Under the pieces are notes generated by a model. The model saw nothing but the letters and a program-made list of their open reading frames with translations, searched no databases and was not told where the DNA came from. Both the position numbers and the translations under genes were made by a program. Positions 60,771-64,000 of a stretch of DNA of 64,000 nt are shown piece after piece. The stretch's first letter is position 1. Each line of letters begins with the position of its first letter. Source of the DNA: Phallusia mammillata (taxonomy: Eukaryota). Where the stretch lies: NCBI GenBank assembly GCA_965637545.1, contig OZ281500.1, forward strand, positions 19,530,001 to 19,594,000, written 5' to 3'.

Positions 60771-62453
60771 GCCTACAGAATGTCATAGCTGTTGGTTTTG
60801 GCTTGTTAATTTTTATTGAACAGTATAGACTACCATTACGTAACTATGAACAATATTATCAGCACCAAAATACCTGTCACACTAGAGTTGTAGGCAGGCC
60901 TGGTATTTGAGCCCGACAGTTTGATTGTCATGCCCATACATAAAAGCCTGAAAAACGAACGGCTGTAGAGAATATAAAATTAGACATACACAAGGGACTA
61001 GATAAGACGTTGTTAGGACTGTTGCGTTATAGGTTAAGGTTAGTAGGCTACTGTATATCCAAACGGTTTTGACACTACCAAATTCCTTTTACGATGTATC
61101 GGATGCATCAACCCGATTGTGCAGCAAAAACATTTCGAAGATGGTGTTGTTTGTACAACGCTGGGTTGGATTTCACACACAATAAAGTTACCGAAACATT
61201 ACCAAAACCGTAAACATCACCAAACGAACATATCCGACCAAAATGTTTCGGACAACTGAAACTTCGTTGAATCACCAAGTATTAACCATGAAGCAGAACG
61301 CATTTACGCTAACATTTTGTTGATGAATCTTTTTTTAATCATTACTATCGCTTCCTAAAAGAGAAGCAACAATCTTAAACAGGCTTTCACCAATGTCATG
61401 TTTCACGCAAAATCAAAATTGTCACTAAAGCGTGGGTATTGATGAGCATATACCCGAGTGAACACTCAATCACCTATACAATTTGCTGAACAAATCATTC
61501 AAAACGTACCCACGTAACCCGGAGATTTAGGAAATAACATTCCCGAACAACTCATTGCTTTGCTATTGTTCCAACATTGTTATTATCCTGTTAAATTCAG
61601 AAACACATGGTTTGCCGCACGTAGCGTCTACATGCACGAGGTTATAGAGGTCTATGTGAGATTGTCCTAAAAACTGGATTAAAAAAAATTGCTCCAATGT
61701 CGACAAAATTGCTTTACATGAGCACTTTCGAAAAATACAAAACAGGCTTATAGCTGCGTTTATTCGAACATTATACGAATACCACGAAACCGGTTCACCA
61801 AAAGTATCTTCTGGCTTGATGTTCGGTTTGTTTGATCTGTCGTCGCTCTATTGCAGCAACTTTATGCATTAACACACACACAAGGCAATGTTTCCTGTTT
61901 CTTGTGGTGTATACCACGGGAATATAATAGTCGGCGCCAAAACAAGCGTGCTTTACATCAATGTTTTTTGTTAATACCTACCATGTCAAAATCGATCCAC
62001 CCCTCACTACTAAGATCACATAAAACGTGTAAACCCTATACACTTTTCTAAACGTATGTCAAAATGTAGAAAAATCAAGCAAGATCAGTGGGAACTGTCT
62101 GTTTCTAACGGGTGTCCAAATTAAAACACGTCAGGAACTCGCGATATAAAACGGGATTTAAATTAACTTTAAAGACCGTGACCCTCCTGATACTTTAACA
62201 CCATGCATTCACCAAAGTTCGTTCTTATGCGAGCGCAAAAATCGCGGCAGTACATCATCTTTATGGACAGTAATTGGCACGTGCAAGACGCGAAGCGACT
62301 CCCTTAATACAGTCGTGTGTGTGGGGAAAACACCACGCCTCAGGGAAAAATGAAAACAACCACACCAGATAAGTATTTGGGCGTGGATATTCATCTGGCA
62401 GCTGCCAATCATCAAAAGGAAAGACAGCAAGTCAGTTTAATGATCAATTCAAC

Positions 62454-64000
62454 ATGTTTGCTAAAATGAATTTCTGGTTATTTGCTGCTTGTGTGTTTAT
62501 TTTAAATTTGACCTGTAGCCAAGCTTTGAATTCAGGTAAGTAGCATAGTTTTGATATAAATTTATTTGAATATAATACATGTTCATGACAAAAGTATGCC
62601 AAGTTTATTAGAGCCAGGTAGTTTTTCAACAGTTTGCTAACGTACGTTTTTTGTCCAGATTGTCGATGTTGGGAAAATCCAATCTTTCGTGTTTCTTGTC
62701 CCTCTGGTGATTCGCTGGACGAAACCTCCTGTCGGCAGGCGGGCTGTTGCTATGACGACCAGACTCTAACTTATCACTGGCCGAGGCCAAAATGTTACAT
62801 GAAAAAAGGTTTGACTCCCTTAAACCATGTAGGCTAAATAGTGAAACGTGACAAAGGTGTTGCAATTAAGAGAGAAATGCTATTTTGTACTGCAGGCTGT
62901 CTAAGTACTCTTCATCACGTAAACTGTAGTCTAATATAACAGTCTGGTGATACTTTTTGCAGGAACTTGCCCGAAAGATGAAAAGTGTATTGTGTATAGC
63001 GGACGGGAGGTTTGTGGACACAGAGCAATGGGAAGGACTTTGTGTGAGATGAAGAGATGTTGTTTTGATAACAGCCAATATCCATTTTGCTACAAACCGA
63101 AAGGTAGGTTTAATCAATATAGTCTACTCTAGGCTACTATTTTTTGCAAGCTCGCACGAAGTTTGGCAAATCGAAACGCACATACGCAAAAAGGATTCAA
63201 AAATTTGTACAATTGTTAACCTGAAACTCATTAAGACAAAACTGGTGGATATATGCCCAAGTGCCCAGATAAACTATATCAATAGGCCATTCTTGATGAT
63301 AAATAACACAGGTTATCATTTTAAACGACAACACTGGAGAGCAGTCTGTTGCCCAAAGTCTAAAATACTACTTTGTGAGATCATGGATATTAAAACTGCG
63401 TTGTAGCTACAAGACATAATAATTACTCTGATTTATTTCAATGATTTTCGCAAAATCAAAAAGACCCACGATTTTCGTCCACTAATTTGAATTTCTCAGC
63501 TGAAACATTGTTGTATTTTTGTTGTGCTGTGTCAAAATAACTAGCAAAGGAATTTAACATTGTTGCAAGTTGGCGACACGCGACATGTTTAAACAACTCT
63601 GCGCTGCGATAATCCCACTTGACTCCAGTCCACCCTACAAACACAAATTTACACAAAACATTGTTTCTAATGCAAAATCTAGCGATGAACCGACAAGACC
63701 CTTCAGAACCTTGGCGCGTGCCATCCCTATTCTAAACAATACGAGTTAATCCCGCCTAGAACAAAGCAAGTGCCCCGAGACGCGGAGACGCAATAGCCCC
63801 GCGACACTTGTTTTTTGCGTAAACTACTTTGAATAATGCACGCCACGAAAATTTTATGTGGTTTCAACAATCTATCACAGCGGTACCAACTACATCATTC
63901 ACCACACGTACGAGCACGTTTACAATCCCAACAACAGCAGCAACTACAACTTCAATCCTGACGTCACCAACAACAGTTTTCTCAACATCGTATCGTCCTG
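62454..64000 (+). CDS. Secreted trefoil (P-type) domain mucin: signal peptide - 2 trefoil domains - Thr/Ser/Pro-rich region; 3' end beyond window
   Basis: Exons 62454-62535 (MFAKMNFWLFAACVFILNLTCSQA), 62659-62808 (C..RVSC..SCRQAGCCYD..CY), 62963-63103 (C..REVCG..LCEMKRCCFD..FCY), 63881->64000 (VPTTSFTTRTSTFTIPTTAATTTS..); all phase-1 junctions. Confidence 0.85.

Noticed and set aside
63683-63735. Alternative terminal exon of the trefoil gene (AMNRQDPSEPWRVPSLF*)
   Set aside because: Weak acceptor with no pyrimidine tract; the Thr-rich exon at 63881 is the better continuation
1-64000. Most ORFs in the supplied six-frame track
   Set aside because: Short intronic, antisense or repeat-derived frames, many with non-ATG starts; only those overlapping the reconstructed exons are credible

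Overview
AT-rich, intron-rich eukaryotic (invertebrate animal) genomic DNA. The compact introns, hAT MITEs and domain repertoire suggest an ascidian/tunicate, but that is inference. The ORF track is mostly spurious because the real genes are spliced, so I rebuilt them by hand from splice sites with phase checks. Five protein genes were found: (1) + strand ~3.6-15.2 kb, a secreted WxxW-VWD-C8-4x(TIL-TILa) FCGBP/zonadhesin-like protein with an unresolved 5' end; (2) + strand 17912-29263, EXOC3/Sec6, 19 exons, ~770 aa, with one GC-AG intron; (3,4) two tandem - strand paralogs of unusual architecture, signal peptide + 14-Cys Ly6/uPAR-like domain + CCP/sushi repeats (2 vs 13) + C-terminal vWA with intact MIDAS; (5) + strand from 62454, a two-trefoil-domain Thr-rich mucin that runs off the window. 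The most striking non-coding signal is a 520-bp insertion (29789-30308) between the convergent 3' ends of EXOC3 and paralog 3. It has a target-site duplication, a 282-nt unit delimited by hammerhead cleavage sites, a perfect 201-bp inverted repeat and an intact type I hammerhead ribozyme on each strand (retrozyme / Penelope pLTR-like). Three degenerate hammerhead relics lie elsewhere in the window. Also present: many hAT MITEs with 8-bp TSDs (three nested), a tRNA-derived SINE-like pair carrying a CTCF-like motif, and a 64-65-bp minisatellite.
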